Shown here piece after piece: positions 40,677 through 50,744 of a stretch of DNA of 64,000 nt. The position numbers were made by a program, and so were the translations under genes. Origin of the DNA: Candidatus Woesearchaeota archaeon (GTDB taxonomy: Archaea; Nanobdellota; Nanobdellia; Woesearchaeales; DSVV01); contig JBDRKY010000046.1 in the NCBI GenBank assembly GCA_043813525.1, positions 13,053 through 77,052 on the forward strand, in the 5' to 3' direction. The first letter of the stretch is position 1; every line of letters begins with the position of its first letter. The notes beneath the pieces were generated by a model, which was not told the origin of the DNA, did no database searches, and was given only the letters and a program-made list of their open reading frames with translations.

Positions 40677-40726
40677 TTGTCCTTAACTAAATCTTTATAA
40701 AACTGAATTGATTACTTGGATCTATA

Positions 40727-41386
40727 ATGATAACTAAAGCAGAGAAAACAGGCATTAGGGAATATAATAAAGAGAAAAAATCAGATTTAGCGATGAAACT
40801 ACTTTTATCTTTATATGCAATATTAATGATAATCATAGCCAGGTATGCAATACTGACTAATGCAACTACTTGGCTTTGGGATGCAGGAGTTACATTTACA
40901 ATTGTATTTGTTGTTTATCTGTCAAGGAATAAATTAAGATTAAATGCATGGCTCTATGCTATGTTTTTGTTTAGCCTTGCCTTGCATACTTTAGGTGTTT
41001 ATGGCTTTTATACTAAACAGTTCTTTGGTCTGGATTTTGATCATTACACACATTTCTTTGCTAGTTTTGCAGTAAGCATGATACTTTGCAATTGGTTGTT
41101 ACATTATAATAATCTAAAATCTAAATTTGCAACTGTCTGTTTCATCGCAATATTAATGACAATTGGGATAAGTGCAATCCATGAGACAATAGAATTTCTT
41201 GGCTATACTTTTTTGAATGCAGATGGCGCTAATCTCTTTTTCCCAGGCAATACTGCAATTCCCAGCCTAACAGCTGCAGATATTGGTGATAGTGGAACAT
41301 ATTCTAACACAATGATTGATATCATCTATAATATGGTCGGTGCTGTTGCTGGGTGTGTTGTGATTGGTATGAATAAGCTATTTTGA
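40727..41386 (+). CDS. integral membrane protein, unknown function
   Basis: 219 aa with about 6 TM helices and a conserved HETIEFLGY motif. Confidence 0.45.
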   Translation: MITKAEKTGIREYNKEKKSDLAMKLLLSLYAILMIIIARYAILTNATTWLWDAGVTFTIVFVVYLSRNKLRLNAWLYAMFLFSLALHTLGVYGFYTKQFFGLDFDHYTHFFASFAVSMILCNWLLHYNNLKSKFATVCFIAILMTIGISAIHETIEFLGYTFLNADGANLFFPGNTAIPSLTAADIGDSGTYSNTMIDIIYNMVGAVAGCVVIGMNKLF

Positions 41387-41403
41387 TGTAGTATTTTTTT
41401 AAT

Positions 41404-42396
41404 TTACTTTAAAATGCCTAAATGTAATATTCTGGAGCCTGTCTGATTGACTGGGTCAATGCTTTTTCCAATTATAATTCCATCCTCTGGGCTGAAATAA
41501 GTCTCTATGATATCACCAAAAATATTCTTAACCTTTGCAATCTCTTCACCTTTTTTTACTTTCTCAGCCAGACCAAGATAAACCTGTAACACACCTCCAT
41601 CAGTTGTATATAACCAATATGATTTTTTACATATCACTGGTTTCTGAGCTGGTGGAATTATATCACCTTCAATCATCCTTAGATGTATAAATGTGTTTAA
41701 TATGCCGTTAACAGAAGATATCACCATGTTTTTCTGGAATCTGTGGGGATTGCCTAATTCAACAGTGATACACTTTATTTTTTCATCTGTTGCTGATCTT
41801 CTTAATGTGCCTTTGCTACCTATATTATGCAGGATAATCTCAGCATTCTGTAATAATGCCATCCTTCTGGTCACATGATCTTTCATGTTTGCTCTCACAT
41901 AAAATGAATTAACCCTTCCAGAACTTGCAGTGTGAAGATCTATCAGATAATTCATATGCTTAATAATCTTTGAGAAAAATCTATATGCATATATTTCGCT
42001 TCTGTTCCCTCTTGGATTTCCAGGCATAATCTTATTCAGGTCTATCTCGTCATTGAATTTTCTTTTTCTTCTTATGAAACCAGTAACATTTGAGACAGGA
42101 ACACCGATTATTGTACCCTTTAATCTCATAGGATTTATTTTTTTGATAATATTATGAATAACTAATATTCCATTTAATTCATTTCCATGTATTGCAGCTG
42201 TCAACCCAAATACAGGCCCTTGTTCAATCCCTTTTGCAATTATCAAAGGTACATATATTGGATTCCCAAGGCCATCAGAAATAATATGCAGATGATATTT
42301 CTCTATTGTACCAGGTTTAATCTTATCTAAATCAAGATCATAAATTATTTCATTATTATCATGTGAAGCTCTCATTTTACTCAACCAATATTTCAT
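41404..42396 (-). CDS. succinylglutamate desuccinylase/aspartoacylase (AstE/AspA) family zinc carboxypeptidase-like protein
   Basis: 330 aa with GLTAAIHGNELNG, the H-x-x-E zinc-binding signature of the family, and a downstream DLH motif. Confidence 0.6.
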   Translation of the reverse strand: MKYWLSKMRASHDNNEIIYDLDLDKIKPGTIEKYHLHIISDGLGNPIYVPLIIAKGIEQGPVFGLTAAIHGNELNGILVIHNIIKKINPMRLKGTIIGVPVSNVTGFIRRKRKFNDEIDLNKIMPGNPRGNRSEIYAYRFFSKIIKHMNYLIDLHTASSGRVNSFYVRANMKDHVTRRMALLQNAEIILHNIGSKGTLRRSATDEKIKCITVELGNPHRFQKNMVISSVNGILNTFIHLRMIEGDIIPPAQKPVICKKSYWLYTTDGGVLQVYLGLAEKVKKGEEIAKVKNIFGDIIETYFSPEDGIIIGKSIDPVNQTGSRILHLGILK

Positions 42397-43810
42397 GGAT
42401 TAGTTTCTCATCTGTGTTTAATGATTTAAACAATTTTCTTTTAAATTTACCTTCTTCATTGATAAGATTGTTCGCCATCTTATCTATCGCGACAAATGCA
42501 AGAATAGCCTGAATATACGCTTCAATCAGATCATCAAGACCAATTCCTAATATATTGAAATCCTTCTTGTCCATGATTAATAATCTTTCAGTATCAGATG
42601 TCCATCTGTTCTCTCCTTTTTTTACAGAAAGATTTGTACCAAGAATTTCCCATGAATATCTATTGTCTGGAAGTTTGTTAACTAAAGGCTTTTTTGCTCT
42701 TCTTGCATATAATGCCACAGGCCTGATACCTTCTTTTGTGTTTACAATCATAAATCTCAAGTCAGCAACATAAATATCATTATGTTTGTTTGGCAAAGTA
42801 CCTATATGATAAAACTTGTCTACCTTACCAATAGAACTCCATGAAAAATTTCCTATCAGGCTCTGGACTATGAACTGATCATACCCAAAATCCTTGCTCA
42901 TAAATTTGTCTAACTCTTTTTGATTTGTTATAGTGAATACTCCCTGTCCTGCATTGCTGTATGGCACTTTTACCACAGCATGCCCATTGAATCTTTTTAC
43001 CCATAAAGGTATCTCATTTTTTGAGACATCCCTTATTGTTTCTGGAATATTTATCTTTAGACCTGTCCCCAATAATTCAGAATTTAAAAGATCATATGCT
43101 TTTGCTGCAACCATCTTGTTTCTTCCGCCAGCTAAACAAACTATTGTTGGGTTATAGACTAGTGTCTTTGTCTGTATAGGTATTCTGTTCCATGGTTTCT
43201 GTGTTACATAACGGATAGCAGCTTTTATGGGATATATCTTATCTTTGTGTTTGATATGTAAAATACCATCTTTGAAAGATATATGATCATTTTCCTCTCC
43301 GTTAAAAAAAGGAACAAGAAATACATTTTCATCCTTAATTTGTGCAAGAGCTGAAGCATAACCTGAAGCTTCCATATAGTTCTTGTCATATAATACAGCT
43401 AATCTGCCTTTGGGAAGGGATTTGTCTTTCAATAAAGGCATGAATGAATTCTTTATAAGGAATTCATAACCACCCATCTCTTTATGTTCATTGAATAATG
43501 GCATAGACTTCTGTCCTGATGGTGAAGAATTTGTCTCAATCAATGCTATCTTACGATTTCCTTTCTCTGTTGTTACATAAAACAGGTCTGCTCCTGCCCA
43601 TCTCATATATTTAGGCTTATACTCAATGATTGATTTAAGTACATCTTTATTTGTTGATGGATTCAGATGACAATACCTTTTTATGATCTGGTCTGTCTTT
43701 AGAGTAAGAAAATAAGATACTAAATGGTGCAGAGACGCATTGATAACTTTAGTGTAATAATGTTGTTCTACAGTGAATGTGTTTGGCTTGATGAGCTCAA
43801 CTTTTTTCAT
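42377..43810 (-). CDS. ATP-grasp-fold protein (RimK-like ligase family, putative)
   Basis: 477 aa with IALIETNSSPSG and GHAVVKVPYSNAGQGVF glycine-rich ATP-grasp-like motifs. It overlaps the AstE/AspA gene by 20 bp, suggesting an operon. Confidence 0.4.
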   Translation of the reverse strand: MKKVELIKPNTFTVEQHYYTKVINASLHHLVSYFLTLKTDQIIKRYCHLNPSTNKDVLKSIIEYKPKYMRWAGADLFYVTTEKGNRKIALIETNSSPSGQKSMPLFNEHKEMGGYEFLIKNSFMPLLKDKSLPKGRLAVLYDKNYMEASGYASALAQIKDENVFLVPFFNGEENDHISFKDGILHIKHKDKIYPIKAAIRYVTQKPWNRIPIQTKTLVYNPTIVCLAGGRNKMVAAKAYDLLNSELLGTGLKINIPETIRDVSKNEIPLWVKRFNGHAVVKVPYSNAGQGVFTITNQKELDKFMSKDFGYDQFIVQSLIGNFSWSSIGKVDKFYHIGTLPNKHNDIYVADLRFMIVNTKEGIRPVALYARRAKKPLVNKLPDNRYSWEILGTNLSVKKGENRWTSDTERLLIMDKKDFNILGIGLDDLIEAYIQAILAFVAIDKMANNLINEEGKFKRKLFKSLNTDEKLIHEILVE

Positions 43811-43857
43811 TTCTTGGATAGTCTGATTATCTATTTATAAATTTGATTATTTAAGAT

Positions 43858-44271
43858 TTATTCAATATACTTAATCATTCCCCTTACTTCAATCAAAGTA
43901 CCATCCTGTATCATATCATCAATTATCTTTTCACCATACTTTTCAATTAAGCCCATAGAATCAGCTTCATTATTATTTTCCTTGAGGTAGTTGATGATTT
44001 CTTTTCTTATTGATTCTGCCTGTTTTGCTAAGTTTTCTTTTTCTGCTTTTTTCTCATGAATATTTTCTTTCTCAAGCATTTCAAGAACAGCTTTTATATG
44101 CTTGCAAACAGTACCTTTTCTTTTTGCATAAAATATGTAACCTGGGCAGCTGCATACCTGCTTTATAGGATCAACTATATAGAACTTGCCTTTGCTTGAA
44201 GCAGATTCAACTTTGTACTTGTCTTGCTGTTTTATTATGTTCATCTTGCTGTTTATACCAATAATATCCAA
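43858..44271 (-). CDS. SWIM zinc-finger protein
   Basis: 137 aa with CSCPGYIFYAKRKGTVCKHI, the CxC...CxH SWIM pattern. Confidence 0.5.
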   Translation of the reverse strand: MDIIGINSKMNIIKQQDKYKVESASSKGKFYIVDPIKQVCSCPGYIFYAKRKGTVCKHIKAVLEMLEKENIHEKKAEKENLAKQAESIRKEIINYLKENNNEADSMGLIEKYGEKIIDDMIQDGTLIEVRGMIKYIE

Positions 44272-44507
44272 TCTGGGTATAAGTTCGGGCTGTAGGAAAT
44301 ATTAATTTAAATCCCAAATCCCAAATCCCAAATCCCAAATCCCAAATCCCAAATCCCAAACTCCAAAAAGGAGCTACGCTCTATATTCTTTTTGTTTTTG
44401 GGATTTATTTTTGTTGGGATTTGGTTTTTTTGGGATTTGTGATTTCCAAGCGTTAGCTTGGTTTGTGATTTATAATATTAATATCTAAAAACCCGAACTT
44501 AGATCCA
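44271..44507. mobile_element. MITE-like element B, inverted copy of 22000-22225, with six AATCCCAA tandem units
   Basis: A shared core, GGGTATAAGTTCGGGCTGTAGG...CTCCAAAAAGGAGCTACGCTCTATATTCTTTTTGTTTTTGGGATTTATTTTTGTTGGGATTTGGTTTTTTTGGGATTT...ATAATATTAATATCTAAAAACCCGAAC, is reverse-complementary to element A. Confidence 0.65.
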
Positions 44508-44967
44508 ACATCAGAATATCAATAATTTTATAAATACTTTATGATTTTTGGTGTATAATGTTAATGTAGTTTACTTATACTCATGCCAACGTGGCACATA
44601 TCTTAATCCTTCGGATAAAGAAGCACCACCTTGGCAATCGTTACACTCATGCCAACGTGGCACAACCTGGTACTGCGCAAGCCTGGAATATAGGATTTGT
44701 ATCAGTGAGCTTGTTTCCTCCGGGATATCCCAGTTCAAAAAAAAGTTAGAAAGTAAGAGAGTTTGAATGAAAAGCTTCTAACTTTTTTGAAAGTCTGGGC
44801 GTTGGCGTTTTACTCTTAAAATGGCATCATATTGCTGAGAAACTTTTTATTCCAGAAAAAGCTTGCTTCAAATATCTCCCCAAAACCCTAAACCCTTAAT
44901 TACCATTGTGATATAATTATGGTTTAGAACATTTTATTTTTATTATATAAAACATATAAATCAATCC

Positions 44968-46239
44968 TTGTTTCTTCATCAGATGGATCAAGAATTAGAA
45001 GAAATACTGCGAAAAAATAATGTATATCTTAGAAAATATGGCAGATTAATTGAAAGAGATGACTGCAAAGATAAAGTTATAGATTATATTGCTACTCATG
45101 ACACATTGTTAGATGATTGTTTAATGTTCTCAGGGTATTATATAACCAAAATTGCTATGTATTTATTGGATGAAACACCTGAATTGCTTGCTGGCATTGC
45201 AGATCATCTGGAAAAGTTGTACCAGTTTAATTTAAATGTAAATGAATTAGGTAAATTATACGATGGTGAAGCATTTCCTTGTGATGTTATTCTTATCAGG
45301 TCTGTTGCGATGGGTAATGCAGCTATTTGTGCAGAGAGGATTTCTTTAAATTTTGAATGTATTGAAACTGCAATAGCATGGTTAGACAGAGCCAGTAAAG
45401 CATCTCTTGAATCTGCAGAGATTAGTAAAGCAGTTGATAAAAGACATTCTGTATTAGCTTATAAGTGTGCAGCAACTCATATAAACAACATGATTACACT
45501 GGTAAAAAACCTTCCAAGAGATCATCCTCTTCGTGGTAAATTAGATAATAAGACAGATGGATGGATTGAAGATCAGATAAATGCAAATTTAACAGCTACA
45601 AAACTAAGAGAAGGAGTTAATGCTATGCATGGACAGGAAAGAAAAGAAATAATTGAGATGATTGAAAAATGTTATCTTGTTGTATCTGTTTGTTTGGAAA
45701 GATTATATAAGTGTGATAAGAAGAATCCTAATCTACATGATGTTAACATGAATCGTTTAGAACAGATGTATTGCATTAATATGGAAAAATCACAATTTAG
45801 TTTAGAAATTGGGCATTATTCAGCTGCATTTGATGATTTAAGGATGACTGCTATCGCAGCAAGGAGACATTATCTTAATTCTGGCAGGCATTTGAGAAAT
45901 AGAGATGGCTCATGGGCTGAGAGATCATATAGAGCATTTGAACAGGCTGGAGAGTTAGTTGACACTTATTCATTTTTCAGACAATTAAATGTGATTGGTG
46001 AGGTATTTGAAGAAAAAGGTGATATGGCTTATTTCTTATCATTTCATCAAAGCCAAAAAAAGCAAAGATGGGATAAATTAGCATTAAAATCATATAAAAT
46101 AGCATTAGGATATTATGAACAATGTCCTGAAATACCTTCAGAGAGGATTGATACAGTATCTACAAAGATCTATAATCGTGAAAGATCAAAAAAAAAAAAA
46201 GATCATAACTCATCAAGAGGAAGCAGAAGGGGACGATGA
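44968..46239 (+). CDS. hypothetical protein
   Basis: 423-aa ORF with a basic C-terminus (KKKKDHNSSRGSRRGR). No motif recognised. Confidence 0.45.
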   Translation: MFLHQMDQELEEILRKNNVYLRKYGRLIERDDCKDKVIDYIATHDTLLDDCLMFSGYYITKIAMYLLDETPELLAGIADHLEKLYQFNLNVNELGKLYDGEAFPCDVILIRSVAMGNAAICAERISLNFECIETAIAWLDRASKASLESAEISKAVDKRHSVLAYKCAATHINNMITLVKNLPRDHPLRGKLDNKTDGWIEDQINANLTATKLREGVNAMHGQERKEIIEMIEKCYLVVSVCLERLYKCDKKNPNLHDVNMNRLEQMYCINMEKSQFSLEIGHYSAAFDDLRMTAIAARRHYLNSGRHLRNRDGSWAERSYRAFEQAGELVDTYSFFRQLNVIGEVFEEKGDMAYFLSFHQSQKKQRWDKLALKSYKIALGYYEQCPEIPSERIDTVSTKIYNRERSKKKKDHNSSRGSRRGR

Positions 46240-46284
46240 ATATTTACCATTAACTTTTTAAAATAAACTATGATTCTTTGAGAT

Positions 46285-47109
46285 ATGGCTGGAAAATATG
46301 TTAGTCGGTCTGCTGGAAAAAAAACCAGAAGAAAAACTAGAGAAAGAGTTAGAGAAAGAGTTAGAGAAAGAGCTAGAAAAATAGCCAGAAAAACTACGGA
46401 AATAACTGAAGAAACTATTGACAGAATCAGGTATATCAATGCTAATGCAATTGTTGCAGGTCTTATGCCAAATACTTTGATTGATTATGCTTCTGCTAAC
46501 ATAGATCAAGAAAATGTGCTGGTTGCATTATTAAGAAAGACAGAAGAATCATTTAGTGAGTTGGGTATTGTGCATGCTGATCTGGATGCATTGACATCAG
46601 CTGCATTAGAATTAGCACCTGAAGATGCAGAAGCTAATCATAATAAGGGCTCTTATTTTTATAAATTTAGCAGATATAAAGAAGCATTGCCTTTCTATGA
46701 AAAAGCAGTAGAATTAACTTCAGATGATGAGCAAAGAGCAACAAATGTTGGTTATCATATTGATTATTGCAGAACATTATATTTAGCTGGTTTTGCTTCT
46801 AAAGCTAAATCTGAAATTAAAAAAGGTATATCTAATTTTTCAAATGAAGGTATTTATAATTATTTATTAGCACAAATGGTAGAAAAAGAAGTTGAATATT
46901 TAAGAAGTAAGAATAGTAAGTGGGTAAGAGCTGTGCACCATTATCAAGATGCTGCCAGAAAATTAAGAGCACAAATAAAACAAAAACCTGATTCTAAAAA
47001 TAGAGCTATACATGAAAAATATCTGAGTACTGCAGAAGAAGCAATCAAAATGATCAAAAGAGAACATAAATATCATGATTATAAAAAATTGCTGTTTTAT
47101 CGTATGTAA
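46285..47109 (+). CDS. hypothetical protein with N-terminal basic tandem repeat (RERVRERVRERAR) and TPR-like helical region
   Basis: 274 aa. A 12-bp unit AGAGAAAGAGTT repeated three times at 46339-46376 encodes (RERV)n. YKEALPFYEKAVEL is TPR-like. Confidence 0.45.
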   Translation: MAGKYVSRSAGKKTRRKTRERVRERVRERARKIARKTTEITEETIDRIRYINANAIVAGLMPNTLIDYASANIDQENVLVALLRKTEESFSELGIVHADLDALTSAALELAPEDAEANHNKGSYFYKFSRYKEALPFYEKAVELTSDDEQRATNVGYHIDYCRTLYLAGFASKAKSEIKKGISNFSNEGIYNYLLAQMVEKEVEYLRSKNSKWVRAVHHYQDAARKLRAQIKQKPDSKNRAIHEKYLSTAEEAIKMIKREHKYHDYKKLLFYRM

Positions 47110-47293
47110 TAAGTCTCCTAATAAGGAATATTATTGCTGCCAGTTTTCATCAGCGAAAACTGGATGATTATCATTCTGAAAGCGAGACTGGTTAAACAGA
47201 AGGTTTTCGCAGCATAAATATCTTCGAACTGTATTATTATGAAAACAAATATAAGGCGGCAATAATATCCAAGAAAGGAGACTTATTACATAC
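47102..47293. mobile_element. MITE copy 2 (192 bp), reverse orientation relative to copy 1
   Basis: More than 90% identical to the reverse complement of 19292-19483. The same TIRs, GTATGTAATAAGTCTCCT / AGGAGACTTATTACATAC. Confidence 0.75.
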
Positions 47294-47373
47294 CACAAAA
47301 CGCTAGTAATTTATTTACATGCCCTTTCAGGGCTTGATAAATAAATTACTCCAAGTTTGACAAGTGTCAAACT
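47294..47373. repeat. intergenic nested-palindrome element (copy 3, inverted relative to copy 1) directly abutting MITE copy 2
   Basis: CACAAAACGCTAGT plus AATTTATTTACATGCCCTTTCAGGGCTTGATAAATAAATT plus AGTTTGACAAGTGTCAAACT. Confidence 0.6.
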
Positions 47374-47391
47374 TGGGTTATTACATATGTT

Positions 47392-48075
47392 TTATCTACA
47401 CACTTTCCAACCATCCTGATATAATAATATGCGTTCAAGAACTTGTTTTGTTTCATCATTTAGTAAAGTACCATATACTTTGCCTTTGAACCATTCTCTT
47501 TTGACTTCAAAAGCTTTTTCATATGATGTATTAAGATGCCTTCTGAATTCACAAGGTAATATTCTTTGTTTTTTGAAACCTGTGTTTTTTACAACATATA
47601 TGTAACCTCTTTCATCAATGCTATGGCTGGCTATTTCTCTGATAGATCCTTCAAAACCAAGAGATTGTATCTCATCAATATATTCTGGTTCTACATAATA
47701 CCTTAAGTCTAATACTAATTGGTCACTTGTTTTTTTTTCATGCCATCTTCTCTCGACAGTTCCTATACCTGATAATTGTCCCCTGTTCTTATTGGTATGC
47801 ACTGCATACATCAATGCAACACCAGCATTATCTGTAGCTGAAACACCATTTAATCCAGATATTAAATCTCTTCTTCCCATATCATCAGTAGAACCATGAA
47901 GAAGATAGCCTTTGCTGACAATATAATTGAAGAATCTTTCAACAGGAGTTGCACCTGGAAAGTTATTTAGAAATTCAGGAAGACCTGCTTTTTCAAATTC
48001 TTCAGCAGTGCATAATTTTCTGCCAATATTTTCAACATATCTTTCAATAAGAGTATCAATATATGTCATGAACAT
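47392..48075 (-). CDS. hypothetical protein
   Basis: 227-aa ORF. No motif recognised. Confidence 0.45.
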   Translation of the reverse strand: MFMTYIDTLIERYVENIGRKLCTAEEFEKAGLPEFLNNFPGATPVERFFNYIVSKGYLLHGSTDDMGRRDLISGLNGVSATDNAGVALMYAVHTNKNRGQLSGIGTVERRWHEKKTSDQLVLDLRYYVEPEYIDEIQSLGFEGSIREIASHSIDERGYIYVVKNTGFKKQRILPCEFRRHLNTSYEKAFEVKREWFKGKVYGTLLNDETKQVLERILLYQDGWKVCR

Positions 48076-48098
48076 AGGTTATATCATGGATAATTTAA

Positions 48099-49757
48099 AT
48101 GTTATTGTCTTACACCACAAACATTAAATATCATGCCAAAATCCTTTATCTTATGCTGACTTATACTAATCCTGTATATACTGATTTTAAATATGCTGAA
48201 TCTGCTGAAAGGCGTGAATTGACAGATATTCTTGGCTGTCTTGTCAAACAATTTAATGGAGTTATGCCTGAAGTCAGCATGAGAAGGCAGATGATATATG
48301 ACCATTGGAACAAGAAATACAGGCGCGAAGAGCCAAGATTAGCTGTTTCTTGGGATATTGGAGCAATGAATGAACAGCTTTACAGAAGATTAGAAAGGAT
48401 ATTCAATGAATCTGTTCTTGATGATACAGGTGTTCATTCAAAGGATTATTACAGGATAAAAGGAAAAGCACCAGCTAAATTTGTTGGGTTTGACGGTTGC
48501 CAGACAGGAAAGATTAGAGGTTTTCCTGTCTATCCAGACAACATTCCTCGCTTTGATTGTTCTGCATACAGTGAAACCAAACAAATATTATGGGTTGCCA
48601 GAGAATATCCTACATTAAAAGATGCAAAACAAAATATGAAAGGCAGAGGTAAAAATTATTGGTTTTATAGTGATGGCAGATTTGTTGTTAATCTCAGGCT
48701 GGAATCATGCAAAGAGATTGAATTTATTGATACTGCATTAAGAGTGAGTGTTGCTCTAAACGGCTCTTATGATTCCTTTGACAGGGCTAAAGCATTATAT
48801 TTAGCTCAAAAACAATTAGTGAGAAGAGATACTAAATCTGAATCTCAAGATGATATATTAGGATTAGATGAACTTATAGAAGATATCAAATTCAGGCAGT
48901 TCTTCGCAACTTTATATCCAGAAGAAGCAAGAAGATTAGGAGTAACAGATGAATCTGTATTATTAGTTGGAGTTCCAGGAACTGGCAAAAGCTCAATCGC
49001 TTCCAGTTTATTATGGGACCCGCAATTAGAAGAAGTTGTATTTATCCCATTAGATGTAACTGAATTATTACAGGCAGGCTATTCATCAAATAAAATAATG
49101 GATTCTTTCTTTGGCGGTATCCGTGATATGCACAGAAGATATGGTTTCAGGCCCATGTTATGGTGCGATGATTTAGAGGCAGCATTTCTTGAAGACAGAT
49201 CAAGAGGCTCAAGAGAAGTTGCAGTAACACAATCTACACTGCTTAACCAATTACAGGGTGTAACTAAAGATTATGGTGTAAGAATATCAGGCTCAAGCAA
49301 TTACCCTGAAAGAATCGATCCCAGATTCCTTGAATTTGGCAGAATCAGTTATATGTATCATGTTCCAATCCCAACAGACACAAACATATTAGCAAGGATA
49401 TTATCTAAACACATAAGCAAAAGAGAACAGGTAATATTAAATAATGATTGTATTGATTTAAGTGATGATTTTACATACAGTAATGTTGATATACATGAGA
49501 TTGTAGCTGAATGTATTGGTTTTACACCACGATTATTAGTTAAGCTGGTTAATGAAGCAGGTATGCAGGCAGCAAAAAGAATATATAAAACATTCTCCGG
49601 CACCAGAAAGTATCCTTTAGTTGTGACTGGTGATGATTACAAAAAAGCAATTAAGATTGTGAAATCAACAACTGACCTTGACCATCTTAAAAGAAGAGAC
49701 GAAGAGATAAGTGCATTTGTTGTGAAAAAAGGCGGGAAGAGGGTTGGGTTTAGGTAA
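48099..49757 (+). CDS. AAA-family ATPase with N-terminal extension
   Basis: 552 aa. Walker A LLVGVPGTGKSSIASSL, Walker B-like MLWCDDLE, and arginine-finger-type residues downstream. Confidence 0.55.
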   Translation: MLLSYTTNIKYHAKILYLMLTYTNPVYTDFKYAESAERRELTDILGCLVKQFNGVMPEVSMRRQMIYDHWNKKYRREEPRLAVSWDIGAMNEQLYRRLERIFNESVLDDTGVHSKDYYRIKGKAPAKFVGFDGCQTGKIRGFPVYPDNIPRFDCSAYSETKQILWVAREYPTLKDAKQNMKGRGKNYWFYSDGRFVVNLRLESCKEIEFIDTALRVSVALNGSYDSFDRAKALYLAQKQLVRRDTKSESQDDILGLDELIEDIKFRQFFATLYPEEARRLGVTDESVLLVGVPGTGKSSIASSLLWDPQLEEVVFIPLDVTELLQAGYSSNKIMDSFFGGIRDMHRRYGFRPMLWCDDLEAAFLEDRSRGSREVAVTQSTLLNQLQGVTKDYGVRISGSSNYPERIDPRFLEFGRISYMYHVPIPTDTNILARILSKHISKREQVILNNDCIDLSDDFTYSNVDIHEIVAECIGFTPRLLVKLVNEAGMQAAKRIYKTFSGTRKYPLVVTGDDYKKAIKIVKSTTDLDHLKRRDEEISAFVVKKGGKRVGFR

Positions 49758-50744
49758 ATAGATCTAAATCAAATAATCATATTTTGGATGATAAACCATT
49801 TTTTATAGCCTCCTTTATTATTTGATAATAAGCTTCACTCCATAAAATAATAAATAATTTCTAAAAGCTTCTTTTCCAAGATTTTCTTCATCATTTATCA
49901 GCATAGTAAACAATTCTTCTTTTGTGAATATGTAATAATCAACTTTTATATGGGAAAGCCTTGTGATTTCTTTGATATAATGTGCTATTCCTTCACATAA
50001 ATGAAGTATTTTTGCTACTATCTTTTTTATTAATATCTGTTTGCTGTAAAAATCTATTGTTCTTAAATGTTCTATTGATGATATGAAATTTAGTATCATT
50101 TTACTTACATAAGTAATAAATTACTTATATGCTTTTTAGTTAATGGTGTTATAAAATGACTTTGTATAGTATTGATTTAACGTAACTGCCACAAAATAAC
50201 GTAACATTTTATCGCATTTTTAAATTTGTGTTTGAGCATTTTTGCGCCTAACATCAACTTGTTATACGTAGCGAACCTTTGATGGTGAGTGGAGTTTTTA
50301 ATTTGTCTGAAATATAAGTTGATATTGTAGTTTTTTTAATGAATCATTATCAATAACTGCGTAGCAGAGTAAAAGTCTGTAGGACAGGAGGAATCAGATG
50401 TTATGGCTTTGATATTTTATCTTTAGCTTGTTTTTCTACAATTATAAATAATTTGTTTAATGCCTCTTGCGGAATATCAAGATTCATTTTTGTTTTAAGA
50501 TCTTCTAAAAAACAGCCTAAGTCAAAATTAAGTTTAAGACACTGCAAATACATCAGTATCAACCCAATTCGCAACGGATTTCAAAAATACTATATTACAG
50601 TATATCCGATTGAAATTTAGGCTTTAGAATGGCTGAAACCCTATAATTCTAGCATTTTAACTCAGAAGAATAGAAAAATGCAAGGTTATATAACCTTGCA
50701 TACCTTATTTTTTGTTGACAAAAACAAAAATGAGGTGATAAACA

